Shown: positions 47,579 to 57,862 of the stretch, one piece after another
Numbering within the stretch: position 1 is the stretch's first letter
How the letters are laid out: each line of letters opens with the position of its first letter
Translations under genes and position numbers: made by a program
Notes under the pieces: model-generated
Seen by the model: only the letters and a program-made list of their open reading frames with translations
Told to the model about the DNA's origin: nothing
The model's database searches: none
Origin: Candidatus Nanoarchaeia archaeon
GTDB taxonomy: Archaea; Nanobdellota; Nanobdellia; Tiddalikarchaeales; Tiddalikarchaeaceae
Assembly (NCBI GenBank): GCA_041653395.1
Contig: JBAZFK010000005.1
Coordinates: 93 to 64,092, forward strand
Length of the DNA: 64,000 nucleotides
Direction of reading: 5' to 3'

Positions 47579-47866
47579 ATGGACCCAAACAAAGAAAATA
47601 CTGAAGCTTTCATGGAGCTTGCAAAAGTAATAAAAAAACAAGGAGTTTTAAGTGAGAAACACAAAGAATTAATAGCTATTTCTTTGGCAGTTAAAGCCCA
47701 ATGTGATGATTGCATAACTCATCATTTAAAAGAATTAATAGAGCTAAAAGCAACAGATGATGAGATTAATGAGGCAATGTGGGTTGCAGTGATGATGGGA
47801 GGTGGACCCAGCTTAGTTTATTTAATGAAAGCTCAAAAAGTATTGAAAGAATTAAGGGAAAAATGA
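47579..47866 (+). CDS. Carboxymuconolactone decarboxylase/AhpD-like protein
   Basis: L..K.KELIA..LAV..QCDDCI.HH...L...GA-type motif; A..MGGGPS. Confidence 0.88.
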   Translation: MDPNKENTEAFMELAKVIKKQGVLSEKHKELIAISLAVKAQCDDCITHHLKELIELKATDDEINEAMWVAVMMGGGPSLVYLMKAQKVLKELREK

Positions 47867-48735
47867 TACTTTATGAAAAAACTCCAAGGCTTGCAAGCGA
47901 GAACTTGGCAATTAACAGGATTTGCGCAGAATTAGTAGGCAATAAAGAAATTGATTTCTTGGCAAGGTTTTATTATCATAAAAAAGGAGTAATACTTGCC
48001 AATAACCAAAGCCTAAACGATTTATATACTGAAAATTGTAAAAATTTAACTTATGAGATTTCAAAGAGGCCTTCAGGAGGTTCAGCAATAATTGTCAATC
48101 CAGAGTTAGCTTTGTGTTATTCATTGTTTTTTAAGCCTGATTTTTTAAGCACAAGGTTTGATTTTAACACTGCATATAAAAAAATAACTTTTGAGCTTAT
48201 TAAGAATTTAGGCCAAAGCTTTAGAGTTAAAGGAAATTATTACTTAAGATATAATGGCTTTCCAATAGCTGGGCATGCAATGAAGAATTATTCAAACTCT
48301 ATCCAATTTGATGGAGTTTTGCACCTATTGCCTTTGAATGTTTATGAAGCTTCAAAATTAATCAAGTTAAGAAAATTAGGAACTAACTTGGGCAAAAAAT
48401 ATGTTTTTATGGAAAACCAAGTCTATAATTTAAGAGGCAATGCTGTCAAATTGAAAGAAAACGAATTAAAAATATTAATTAATGAAGAAGAAGAATTGGG
48501 AAAAATAATAGGCTTATCCCAAACTAATTTAACATTGGACGAGTTTTTGGCAGCTTTTTATAAGACAATCAATGCTCTTTTTGGAAAGCAAGAACTATTA
48601 AATGAATACTCATTCGATTCTGATAAAATAAAAAAATATGAAGCCAAAATTCTTAGCAAAGACTATTTAATGAAGGGCAGAACCTGCCTAGGCCATTGCT
48701 TTATTGATTTATTAGAGCCTGAAGAGGAATTCTAA
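47863..48735 (+). CDS. Lipoate-protein ligase (BPL/LplA/LipB) family protein, atypical; start ATG 47863
   Basis: KRPSGGSAII and LCYSL motifs; the usual GxKxxG lysine reads GFPIAG. Confidence 0.7.
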   Translation: MILYEKTPRLASENLAINRICAELVGNKEIDFLARFYYHKKGVILANNQSLNDLYTENCKNLTYEISKRPSGGSAIIVNPELALCYSLFFKPDFLSTRFDFNTAYKKITFELIKNLGQSFRVKGNYYLRYNGFPIAGHAMKNYSNSIQFDGVLHLLPLNVYEASKLIKLRKLGTNLGKKYVFMENQVYNLRGNAVKLKENELKILINEEEELGKIIGLSQTNLTLDEFLAAFYKTINALFGKQELLNEYSFDSDKIKKYEAKILSKDYLMKGRTCLGHCFIDLLEPEEEF

Positions 48736-48848
48736 AAGTTTATAAAAACAAAAAGCTAATACTATTTCTGAATTATACCGACTAACGAATGTTTAATTAA
48801 CAAATTCTTAGATTAAAGGTTATAAGAAAAATTTAAAGGTGAAAAAAA

Positions 48849-50354
48849 TTGAGAGAAAACAGAAATGAATATAGAGGCATTAATCAAGATGCTCAAAAAG
48901 ACTTATCCAAAGTAAACGAAGGTGATTACTATAAAGGAACTGTGAAAGTGCTCAGGAAATCAGTGCCAGGGCCTGTAATATTTTCATTGACTGACGGAAA
49001 CAAAGCAATTGATGGAGTGATAAAAACTTCAGACTATGATGTTGATGACATCTTAAGTGTTGAAGGCTACGTGTCAATAAGGGCTGGGCAAATGCAGCTG
49101 GAAATAAATAAAATAAAGAAAGTGTCAGTTGATTTTGATGAGATAATTGACAAGATTAGCGAGCCAAAAAGAACTGATTTTAGCATTAACTCTGAAAGGT
49201 ATGAGAAAATGAAGCCAGCATTCTTAAAAATTGCCAAAAGAATAAGGAAAGCAGTTTTTGACAGCCAGCCAATACTTATAAGGCACCATAATGACTCTGA
49301 TGGAATAACTGCAGGACTCAGCATTGAGAAAGCATGCACTGCTTTGATTGAAAAAACAGGGCTTAATCCTGACTATAATTTGTACAGGAATCCGAGCAAG
49401 GCTCCTTTTTATGAAACAACTGATGTTTTTAGGGATATGGTGCTTTCAGAAAGGGTTATAAGCCACGGCCAAAAAAAGCCCCTGATACTAGTGCTAGACA
49501 ACGGCTCAACTCCTGAAGATGTTTTTGCATTCAAATTATTGAAATCAATGAATTATGAATGCATAGTAATAGACCATCATAATCCTGTGATAATTAATAA
49601 TGGAAAATCTTTGGTGTGCGAATATTTGTCAATGCATTTAAATCCTTACTTGTTCGGGCTTGACAGTCAGACAAGCGCTGGAATGCTATGCTACGAGCTG
49701 GCAAGATTTATCAGTGAAGAGTTTGAAAATAAGCCAATGCCTGCTGTTGCAGCAATCTCTGATAGATGTGTAATACAAGAAACTGAGAATTATATTAAGG
49801 AATCAAATAAATCAAGGGAAGAGCTGGGAAAAATAGGAGTTGCAATTGATTTCATGGCTTACAATTTAAGGTTTGATTCAGGAGAAGGAGTGATAGATGA
49901 ATTGTATTCTAATCCTAAGCTCGTTGAATTAATCAATGAAGAGGTAAGGAAAGGCGTTGAAACGCAACTGCAAAGCACTCTGCCTTATTTAAGGACAATC
50001 GAAATTAACGGAATAACATTCTCTTATATTGATTTGGAAAAATACACTTTAAGGTTCACTTACCCAACACCCGGAAAAGTACTCGGATTAATACATGACA
50101 CTGTTGCAAAAGACAGAGAGAATGCTGTACTAACAATAGGGTATCTTTCGGATATGATAATTATCAGGGCCACTAAGCCAGTCTTTCCAGTAAGCAAAAT
50201 AATTGAAACTTTAAGGCAGAAACTTCCTCAGGCAAATGTTGACGGCGGAGGCCATGAGCAGGCTGGAACAATCAAATTCGTGCCAGCTCACTTGAACGCA
50301 ATAATTGAACTACTCAAGGAAGAGCTTAGAAAGATTTCATTAGCAGAACAATAA
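48849..50354 (+). CDS. Archaeal RecJ-like DHH exonuclease with OB fold
   Basis: RHHNDSDG, LDNGST.ED, IDHH, DGGGHE.AG. Confidence 0.88.
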   Translation: MRENRNEYRGINQDAQKDLSKVNEGDYYKGTVKVLRKSVPGPVIFSLTDGNKAIDGVIKTSDYDVDDILSVEGYVSIRAGQMQLEINKIKKVSVDFDEIIDKISEPKRTDFSINSERYEKMKPAFLKIAKRIRKAVFDSQPILIRHHNDSDGITAGLSIEKACTALIEKTGLNPDYNLYRNPSKAPFYETTDVFRDMVLSERVISHGQKKPLILVLDNGSTPEDVFAFKLLKSMNYECIVIDHHNPVIINNGKSLVCEYLSMHLNPYLFGLDSQTSAGMLCYELARFISEEFENKPMPAVAAISDRCVIQETENYIKESNKSREELGKIGVAIDFMAYNLRFDSGEGVIDELYSNPKLVELINEEVRKGVETQLQSTLPYLRTIEINGITFSYIDLEKYTLRFTYPTPGKVLGLIHDTVAKDRENAVLTIGYLSDMIIIRATKPVFPVSKIIETLRQKLPQANVDGGGHEQAGTIKFVPAHLNAIIELLKEELRKISLAEQ

Positions 50355-50388
50355 TTAATTTAAAACATTGATTAATGATTTTTATTAA

Positions 50389-51156
50389 ATGAATATTGAC
50401 AAATCATTAATCCTGTTTTTTATAATACTCCTTGTTGCTCTAGCTTTTTCATTAATTGACTACTCTCCTAAGAGTCCAGTAAGCATTGCCTCATGGAATC
50501 TGAATGTGTTTGGTGACAAGAAAGCAGGCAATGAAACAATAATGCTGCAATACCAAGAAATTATCTCGCAATTTGATATTGTTTTCTTGCAGGAATTAAG
50601 GGATGCGGATGGCTCAGCCCTAGCAAGATTGTGCGAATTATTCAATGAGTCTTATAATTGCTTTAATTCCTCAAGGGCTGGGACTACTTCAAGCAAAGAG
50701 CAGTATTATTTACTATATAGTAAAGAATTCACATTAATTAATTACACAGACTATAATCTAGAAAATATTACTGGCTTTGAAAGGCCTCCAATTAAATTAG
50801 ACTTTAATTACAACAATATTAATTTTACAATCTACGGCATCCATGTGAAGCCTGATAATGCATATAGTGAGATAAGCAATTTAGAAGCCTTAATTGCCAA
50901 CGAAGGCAATATAATAGTCTTAGGGGATTTGAATGCTGACTGCGCATATTATAAAAGAGGCAATGACTTCAAGGATTGGCACTGGGCTATTAATGAAGAC
51001 ACAACAGTGTCAAGCAGTGACTGCACCTATGATAATATAATGACCAACCAAGAGTTTTACAACTATTTCATTCAATCAGGAGTATACTCAATAAATATCA
51101 CAAAAGAATTGTCAGACCATTATTTAATCTATTCAATCTTTGACTTAACTGAGTAA
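50389..51156 (+). CDS. Membrane-anchored extracellular DNase I-like (EEP) nuclease
   Basis: IASWN...FG, LQE.RD, R.P, H.KP, GD.NADC, YD.I, SDHY; N-terminal TM. Confidence 0.88.
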   Translation: MNIDKSLILFFIILLVALAFSLIDYSPKSPVSIASWNLNVFGDKKAGNETIMLQYQEIISQFDIVFLQELRDADGSALARLCELFNESYNCFNSSRAGTTSSKEQYYLLYSKEFTLINYTDYNLENITGFERPPIKLDFNYNNINFTIYGIHVKPDNAYSEISNLEALIANEGNIIVLGDLNADCAYYKRGNDFKDWHWAINEDTTVSSSDCTYDNIMTNQEFYNYFIQSGVYSINITKELSDHYLIYSIFDLTE

Positions 51157-51233
51157 TACTCCTTTTTATAAAAAAAAAGTCATATTCAATTAATTTTTTT
51201 AAAAGATTTATAAATAATTATTTAAATTATCCA

Positions 51234-52046
51234 TTGTTATACTCTAAGATGAAGCTAGCTTACAAAAGAATGATTAATTTTACAGTTCTTATACTTATTT
51301 GCATCTTGGCAGCTTTTTTAATCAAAGGAACAAACTCAATAAGTGATTATAGCGAAATAATCGGAGCGCTTTTCTTTGTCTATGGAATACTGTCCGCTTA
51401 TTATTTGACAAAAATGCAGGATACGGAATCCAGCATTGGAGAGCAGACAATGATAGAATCTTCATCATGGAAATTGCTTTATTTATACTATAGAAATAAG
51501 TGGCCAAAACTGCTCTCTAAAATCTCTGATTTAATCTATGGCTATATAAAAGAAATTTATAGCTTCGAATACAGGGAATACCATAAATCAGACAGCAAAT
51601 TTTACAAAATAGTTGATTACTTATTCTCATTGAATTATGGGAGTGAAATCACTTCAATCTATGATTATTTAAAATCAGTTCAGGACAGCCGCGAATCCCA
51701 GAAAATTCTTTATAAAAAAAGCAGAAGCACAAGAGTATACTTACTAATTTATGTTCTTTTGATTATTTCTGTTTTCTCCATCTATGCATTTAAAGGAAAC
51801 GACCCATTATATAATATTATTGTGGGCAGCTTTTCAGCAGCAATGATTCTTGTAATGCAAATAATAGTTGAGAAAAAAAACCTTGCAGGTGATGAATACA
51901 ATACTTTTTTCAGGCCTTTTGATGAACTCATAGATTTGATGGGCAAAAAAAGGGTTTATGCAGAATCAGTTATAAAATACGGCTTAATTGACACTAAATT
52001 GCTTGAAAAGAAAAATATTCCTTATGAAATAATGAAAGGAAAATAA
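51234..52046 (+). CDS. Four-TM membrane protein (DUF4239/bestrophin-like layout)
   Basis: Two TM pairs around a helical soluble region; start uncertain (ATG 51249). Confidence 0.5.
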   Translation: MLYSKMKLAYKRMINFTVLILICILAAFLIKGTNSISDYSEIIGALFFVYGILSAYYLTKMQDTESSIGEQTMIESSSWKLLYLYYRNKWPKLLSKISDLIYGYIKEIYSFEYREYHKSDSKFYKIVDYLFSLNYGSEITSIYDYLKSVQDSRESQKILYKKSRSTRVYLLIYVLLIISVFSIYAFKGNDPLYNIIVGSFSAAMILVMQIIVEKKNLAGDEYNTFFRPFDELIDLMGKKRVYAESVIKYGLIDTKLLEKKNIPYEIMKGK

Positions 52047-52093
52047 GGTGGAGAAAGCAAGATTTATAATTTGAAATTTAATCCTAATATTCA

Positions 52094-52582
52094 ATGAAAT
52101 CTGACAAAAGGGCAAATTATATCTCTTGGAATGAGTACTTTATGGGCATAGCATTATTGTCCAGCATGAGAAGCAAGGACCCTAACACTCAAGTTGGGGC
52201 ATGCATAATTGATGATTCTAATAAGATTGTAGGCATTGGCTATAACGGCTTCCCTATTGGCTGCAGTGATGATGAGTTACCTTGGTGCAACACTTCAAGC
52301 AGCCCGAATGATACAAAGTACCCTTATGTTGTTCATGCTGAAGTTAATGCTATTTTGAATGCAACCAAGAATTTAAAGAATGCCAAAATCTTTGTAGCCT
52401 TGTTTCCATGCAACGAGTGCGCGAAAGTGATAATTCAATCAGGCATTAAGGAAGTAATCTATTTGTCAGACAAGTACGCTGATAGTGATTCAGTGAAGGC
52501 AAGCAAAAAAATGTTTGACTTGGCAAAAGTCAAATACACTCAATTCAAAACTGAGCTAAAAGAATTAAAAATTCAGTTTTAA
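52094..52582 (+). CDS. dCMP deaminase
   Basis: SW.EYFM.IA.L...RSKDP.TQVGA, GYNG.P, HAE.NAI, PC.EC. Confidence 0.95.
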   Translation: MKSDKRANYISWNEYFMGIALLSSMRSKDPNTQVGACIIDDSNKIVGIGYNGFPIGCSDDELPWCNTSSSPNDTKYPYVVHAEVNAILNATKNLKNAKIFVALFPCNECAKVIIQSGIKEVIYLSDKYADSDSVKASKKMFDLAKVKYTQFKTELKELKIQF

Positions 52583-52621
52583 AAAACTTATTTAAATGCT
52601 TAGTTTATTTAAAAATCTATA

Positions 52622-55600
52622 ATGAAAGCAATAACTCCTATTATAAGTGTTGTTTTATTAATCCTGATTACTGTTTTTGCCAGCGTGTCAGCTTATTTTT
52701 TCATAACTTCAACAATGAATGATTTGGAAGGTGGCATTAATCTTAACACCGCCTTTTCTGATAATTCAAAACTAAGCATTATAAGCTTGTCAGGCAGCAA
52801 GGCAATCATTAAAAATGATGGAAAAAGCTCAATCAGCGAAGTTATTGTTTTTTTAAATGGCGAAATGTTCAATTACACCTTTAATCCAGCCCTTCCAGGA
52901 GGCGAGGCTGCTGAGATGTATTTTTCGCCCCAATTAGCTGGAGAGGATTTGGAGCTGATAATATTTTATGGAATTGGAAAAACTGTTAGCTACACTAGCC
53001 CTGCAGCAGCCAACACTAATGATTCAGGATTTGTCACAGCAACTATTCCAGTTGTTGTTTTGGCAAGCATTGTGGATAATACTACTCAATTATTAGGCTA
53101 CTGCCAAGCCTCAGTGTATAATGCATCAATTGAGTCAATTTATTATTATGAATGGCTGCTTGATGAAGAGCTAAACAGCTCAGGAAGCGCTATAGGCAAC
53201 CATGACAATGAGAACTACTTATTAAGCAATATCACTTCAGCTGAAGGCTCATGGAAATTCAAATGCTTAATAGGAAATGGTACTTATAATTCTTCATGGA
53301 AGCTAAGCGCAGCAGTAATAGTGGGAGAATCAGGAAGCAACGAGCCAGATGACACTCTTATTTACTGCTTATCTAATAATTCAAGAAATACTTGGTTTAG
53401 CGGAAGCATAACTGGAAACAATGGCGCTTGCTGCGGAGATGACAGAATAAATGATGTTTTCCACAACAATTCTTACTTATGCAGTTATGGAGGAGTAATC
53501 TATGATGAAGATAATTTGTACACTGAAGACAATTATGGGGACTATTATGATTACTCAAGCGGAAAAGGGGTTTGTGAATTAAATGGCAATGTTTGGTTTG
53601 AGAATCCAGTCAGTTTTGAAGATGATGTTTCTTATGGGTTGGGTCCAGTGCTTATTGATGTAGAGCTTTCAGATTTTGATAATGATGGTGATTTGGACAT
53701 TGTTGTTTTAAACCAGTACGATGTTTCATACACTGATGCTGTTTTCAGGGTTTTGTTTAATGATGGAGATGGGCTTTTTTCAGGAACAACTGTTTACGTT
53801 GTTGATGGCAATATTGTTGATTTAAGCATTGCTGACATTAACAATGATGGTTACAATGATATTTTAATAGTTAATTATGGGGGTAGTGAATTGGATGTTT
53901 ACTTGAATGATGGTGACGGAACATTCACTTATGATTCTTATGTTGAGATTAGTTGGCCTTGGAAGAGCATAGTTGGAGATTTAGATAATGACGGTGACTT
54001 GGATGTTATTGCAAGCACTTACTTTGATGATGACATCAGTGTTTTCTTGAATGATGGCACTGGAAGCTTAAGCTATGATGATGATTGGAGTGATTTGGGA
54101 GGAGCAGGTGATTTGAAGCTCGCTGATTTAAACTTTGATGGCAATCTTGATGTTATTAATGCTGATTCTAATTCTGATAGCATAAGGTACAGATTAGGTG
54201 TTGGAGATGGGACTTTTGGGTCTTTAAATACTTTAAATGTAGGAACTAACCCTATTGGATTAGGGATTGGAGACTTAGATAAAGATGGTGACTTGGATAT
54301 TATAGCATCAAATAATGGTTCTGATAGTTTCAGCGTTTGCTTGGGAGATGGTGCGGGCAGTTTTGCAGAGGATGTTGAATACGATTTTGATTACGCGCCC
54401 ACTTACATAACTCTTGGAGATTTGGATAATGACGGTGACTTAGATGTTCTTGCAACAACTCAATTATCAAATAATTTCATGATTTCATTTAATGATGGTG
54501 ATGGCACGTTTGGCTCAAGCACTCTTTATGGCTTAAGCAACTCAACTTATGCAATAGCTGTTGGCGACTTGGATAATGATGGTGACTTAGATGCAGCATT
54601 TACGCATTTTCAAAATGATTACTATAAAATTGACCATTTACTTATTAGTTTAAACACAGGCATAACTGGAACTAAGGGTCCATGCTGCGGGGATGATGAA
54701 GCAACTGATGATTTTTACAACTCAACAAATTATTGCTGCAACGGAGCCTTTAATACAGGAAGTTGCTATTGCGGGGATGGAGTATGCCAAGCATGGGAGA
54801 GTGAATTAAGCTGCAGCGAAGACTGTATTTTTGTATTTATTAACAATGTAAGTATTGTTAGTTTTAACTATGGATTAAGAGGATATTGCAATGCTTCAAG
54901 CAGCAATGAACTTGAAACATTAGCTTATGAATATAATTGGTCAAAGAATGGTGAAATATTTCTTAGTGGCATCATGTTCAGGCATAATTCCATAACTTCC
55001 AGTAAATATAATTCCTGCGGCTTATTGGAGAACGGCAGTGCGATGTGCTGGGGCAGAAACGATTATGGTCAGTTAGGCACTGGAGATACGACTTTAAGCA
55101 ATGTGCCAGTCTATGTAAGCGGAGGCTACAATTTTTCAGAAATTGCTTCAGGAGATGAGTATTCATGCGGCTTGCTCACTAATGGAAGCGTGATGTGCTG
55201 GGGAAGTGGAAGCAATGGGCATTTGGGCAATGGAGGCAATTCAGAAAGTCATGTTCCAGTTTTTGTAAGAGGAAATTATGTTTTCAAAGAGTTAAGCAGC
55301 ATAAAATTAGAGCATACTTGCGGAATCTTGACTAATGGGCGCGCTGTTTGCTGGGGTGATGGAGATTATGGGGATTTAGGAAATGGAGGAGAATCAGGCA
55401 GCAATATGCCAGTTTTCGTAAGCGGGAATTATGAATTTTTGGAAATCAGCACGGGAATGTATCACACTTGCGGAATATTAATTAATGGAAGTGCGATGTG
55501 CTGGGGCTCTAATTATTACAGCCAATTAGGCATAACTGGAGCAAGCTTCAGTTATGTTCCAATATTTATCAGTGAAGAATACTCTTTCAGAGCAATCAGC

Positions 55601-57592
55601 GCTGGATGGCAGCATACTTGCGGAATATTGACTAATGGAAGCGCTGTTTGCTGGGGTTATAATAATCATGGCCAGTTAGGAAATGGTGAAATTGGCGAAA
55701 GTTATATACCTGTCTTTGTTAATGGGAATTATTCATTTATTGATATCTCTGCTGGAAATATTTTTACTTGCGGAGTGCTTGCGAATAATTCAGCAGTTTG
55801 TTGGGGTGACAATTATTACGGCCAGTTAGGCAACGGCAGCTCTGGGGGGCAAAGCAGCGTGCCAGTCTTCGTAAATGGAGGTTACAATTTTAGTGTAATA
55901 AATTCAGGGGCAGTGAATGATTTTTCATGTGCAGTAATGGCTAATGGAAGCGCTGCTTGTTGGGGTTATAATGGCAATGGCCAGTTTGGCAACGGCAGTT
56001 CAGGGGGCATAAGTGCAGTGCCTATGTTCGTTTCAGGAGCTCACAATTTCAGTGCTCCTAATTATTATAATAACAAAAATTTGCTTGTAAGTCAGGTAAG
56101 TCTTGATAATTATTATTACCTGCAAGGTGGGCTTTTGATTTTCAGCTGCAGAGTCAAGGATTATTTAGGGGATTATTCAGGATGGATGAGTCAGGAAATT
56201 AATTTGCCTGTGCCTTCAGCTAACAATGCAAGCATTGTTGAATTCAGCTACGGCTTAAAAGGGTACTGCAATATCACAAGCAATTATAACAATGACTTAT
56301 TGAAGTATAATTTCACTTGGAAAGTTAACGGGGCAAGCATTATTAATAATATAAACTTTAAGCAGTCAAGTTATTCTCTTGGAGAAAGGCACTCTTGTGA
56401 TGTTCTCGAAAATGGCAGTGTTGTGTGCTGGGGAGAGGGAGGATATGGTCAGTTAGGCAATGGCTTAGATGACAGCAGCAATGACCCTGTTTTTATAAGT
56501 GGAGGTTACAATTTTACTAAGGTAAGCAGCAATACACTCAGTGTGTGCGGGATTTTAGGGAATGCTAGCGCTGTGTGCTGGGGTTACAATAATTACGGCC
56601 AGTTAGGCAATGGAGGAACAGGTTATAGTAACTTGCCAGTTTTTGTCAGCGGAGGCTATAATTTCAGTGATTTAAGAATGGGAGGTTATCACTCCTGCGG
56701 AGTTCTCTTTAATGGCAGCGCTGTGTGCTGGGGTTATGGAATATATGGTGAATTAGGAAATGGTACTTCATTAAGCAGTTCAGTGCCAGTTTTTGTAGCT
56801 GGAGGCTATAATTTTTCAAGTATCTCTGTTTCGCAGAATAATGGTCCTGGAACAGGAAGCCATTCATGCGGAATATTAATTAATGGTAGTGCTGTGTGCT
56901 GGGGTTTGAATGAGTATGGCCAATTAGGTAATGGTAGCTCAGGAGGACAGAGCAATGTGCCAGTCTTCGTAACTGGAAACTACAAGTTCGCTTCAATAAA
57001 CACTGGTTATAAATTCACTTGCGGAGTATTACTTAATGGCAGTGTTGTGTGCTGGGGTTATGGAGAAGATGGTGAATTAGGCAATGGAGGTAGCAGCAGT
57101 TCCAGTACGCCAGTCCTTGTCAATGGAGGTTACAGGTTCGTTTCTATAAGTGTTTCTAAATATTATGCTTGCGGTTTATTGATTAATTCTAGCGCTGCTT
57201 GCTGGGGTTATAATGGTTACGGCCAGTTTGGCAACGGCGGAACAGAGAGCACTAACTCTCCAGTTATTGCAGGAACAGGATATAATTTCTCTCAAATTGC
57301 CACAGGAAACTCTCATGCATGCGGAGTGCTTATAAATGGGAGCAAAGTTTGCTGGGGTTACAATACTTATGGCCAGTTAGGCAACGGAAGCTCAGGAGGA
57401 CAGAGCAATGTGCCAGTCTTCGTAACAGGAAACTATAATTTTGTAAATAATTCTTATTATTGGAACAAAAATGATTTTGTCAGCATGCTTCCAAGCAACT
57501 ATTACTCTTCAGGAAATACAGTGGTTTTTGAATGCATAACCGCTGATGCAGCAAGTCAGTCACTTCCAAAAAATATGACTTTAGTAATTTAA
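52622..57592 (+). CDS. Giant pilin-anchored adhesin: class III leader, Ig-like, CCGDD hinge, 7 FG-GAP/VCBS repeats, two 7-blade RCC1/BLIP-II propellers
   Basis: MKA-ITPIISVVLL leader; seven DxDxDGDLD repeats; 14 CWG.N.YGQLG repeats. Confidence 0.88.
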   Translation: MKAITPIISVVLLILITVFASVSAYFFITSTMNDLEGGINLNTAFSDNSKLSIISLSGSKAIIKNDGKSSISEVIVFLNGEMFNYTFNPALPGGEAAEMYFSPQLAGEDLELIIFYGIGKTVSYTSPAAANTNDSGFVTATIPVVVLASIVDNTTQLLGYCQASVYNASIESIYYYEWLLDEELNSSGSAIGNHDNENYLLSNITSAEGSWKFKCLIGNGTYNSSWKLSAAVIVGESGSNEPDDTLIYCLSNNSRNTWFSGSITGNNGACCGDDRINDVFHNNSYLCSYGGVIYDEDNLYTEDNYGDYYDYSSGKGVCELNGNVWFENPVSFEDDVSYGLGPVLIDVELSDFDNDGDLDIVVLNQYDVSYTDAVFRVLFNDGDGLFSGTTVYVVDGNIVDLSIADINNDGYNDILIVNYGGSELDVYLNDGDGTFTYDSYVEISWPWKSIVGDLDNDGDLDVIASTYFDDDISVFLNDGTGSLSYDDDWSDLGGAGDLKLADLNFDGNLDVINADSNSDSIRYRLGVGDGTFGSLNTLNVGTNPIGLGIGDLDKDGDLDIIASNNGSDSFSVCLGDGAGSFAEDVEYDFDYAPTYITLGDLDNDGDLDVLATTQLSNNFMISFNDGDGTFGSSTLYGLSNSTYAIAVGDLDNDGDLDAAFTHFQNDYYKIDHLLISLNTGITGTKGPCCGDDEATDDFYNSTNYCCNGAFNTGSCYCGDGVCQAWESELSCSEDCIFVFINNVSIVSFNYGLRGYCNASSSNELETLAYEYNWSKNGEIFLSGIMFRHNSITSSKYNSCGLLENGSAMCWGRNDYGQLGTGDTTLSNVPVYVSGGYNFSEIASGDEYSCGLLTNGSVMCWGSGSNGHLGNGGNSESHVPVFVRGNYVFKELSSIKLEHTCGILTNGRAVCWGDGDYGDLGNGGESGSNMPVFVSGNYEFLEISTGMYHTCGILINGSAMCWGSNYYSQLGITGASFSYVPIFISEEYSFRAISAGWQHTCGILTNGSAVCWGYNNHGQLGNGEIGESYIPVFVNGNYSFIDISAGNIFTCGVLANNSAVCWGDNYYGQLGNGSSGGQSSVPVFVNGGYNFSVINSGAVNDFSCAVMANGSAACWGYNGNGQFGNGSSGGISAVPMFVSGAHNFSAPNYYNNKNLLVSQVSLDNYYYLQGGLLIFSCRVKDYLGDYSGWMSQEINLPVPSANNASIVEFSYGLKGYCNITSNYNNDLLKYNFTWKVNGASIINNINFKQSSYSLGERHSCDVLENGSVVCWGEGGYGQLGNGLDDSSNDPVFISGGYNFTKVSSNTLSVCGILGNASAVCWGYNNYGQLGNGGTGYSNLPVFVSGGYNFSDLRMGGYHSCGVLFNGSAVCWGYGIYGELGNGTSLSSSVPVFVAGGYNFSSISVSQNNGPGTGSHSCGILINGSAVCWGLNEYGQLGNGSSGGQSNVPVFVTGNYKFASINTGYKFTCGVLLNGSVVCWGYGEDGELGNGGSSSSSTPVLVNGGYRFVSISVSKYYACGLLINSSAACWGYNGYGQFGNGGTESTNSPVIAGTGYNFSQIATGNSHACGVLINGSKVCWGYNTYGQLGNGSSGGQSNVPVFVTGNYNFVNNSYYWNKNDFVSMLPSNYYSSGNTVVFECITADAASQSLPKNMTLVI

Positions 57593-57862
57593 AATCCAGA
57601 TGAAAGCGAGTCATTATGCATAAGCTTTAATTATAAATGGATAAATTTTGAATTGATTCCAACGGGCGTTGCTGAAAATAAATATTGGAGTACTGTTTCT
57701 ATGAGTTCAGATGGCAGCGTAATAATTGCAGGTGTTTACAATGGCTGCTTGTACAAACTTGATTTTTCAGGTTTTAGCGCTTGCTGCGGCGATGACGGGG
57801 CAGCTGATATTTTCAATAATGGAATTTACCAATGCGTTGGCGGAGTATTTAGTGCTATTTAA
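57593..57862 (+). pseudogene. Orphan C-terminal adhesin module, open and in frame directly after the stop of the giant adhesin
   Basis: Reads NPDESESLCISFNYKW...WSTVSMSSDGS...[21 protein letters not shown], matching the C-terminus of 11427-12902. Confidence 0.7.

Noticed and set aside
54990-57450. DGR template/variable repeats in the RCC1 region
   Set aside because: Repeats are in-frame coding units, differences are not adenine-specific, and no reverse transcriptase is in the window.
57590-57592. Programmed stop-codon read-through or alternative genetic code
   Set aside because: TAA, TAG and TGA all end conserved genes normally in this window; the upstream protein ends at a natural domain boundary.
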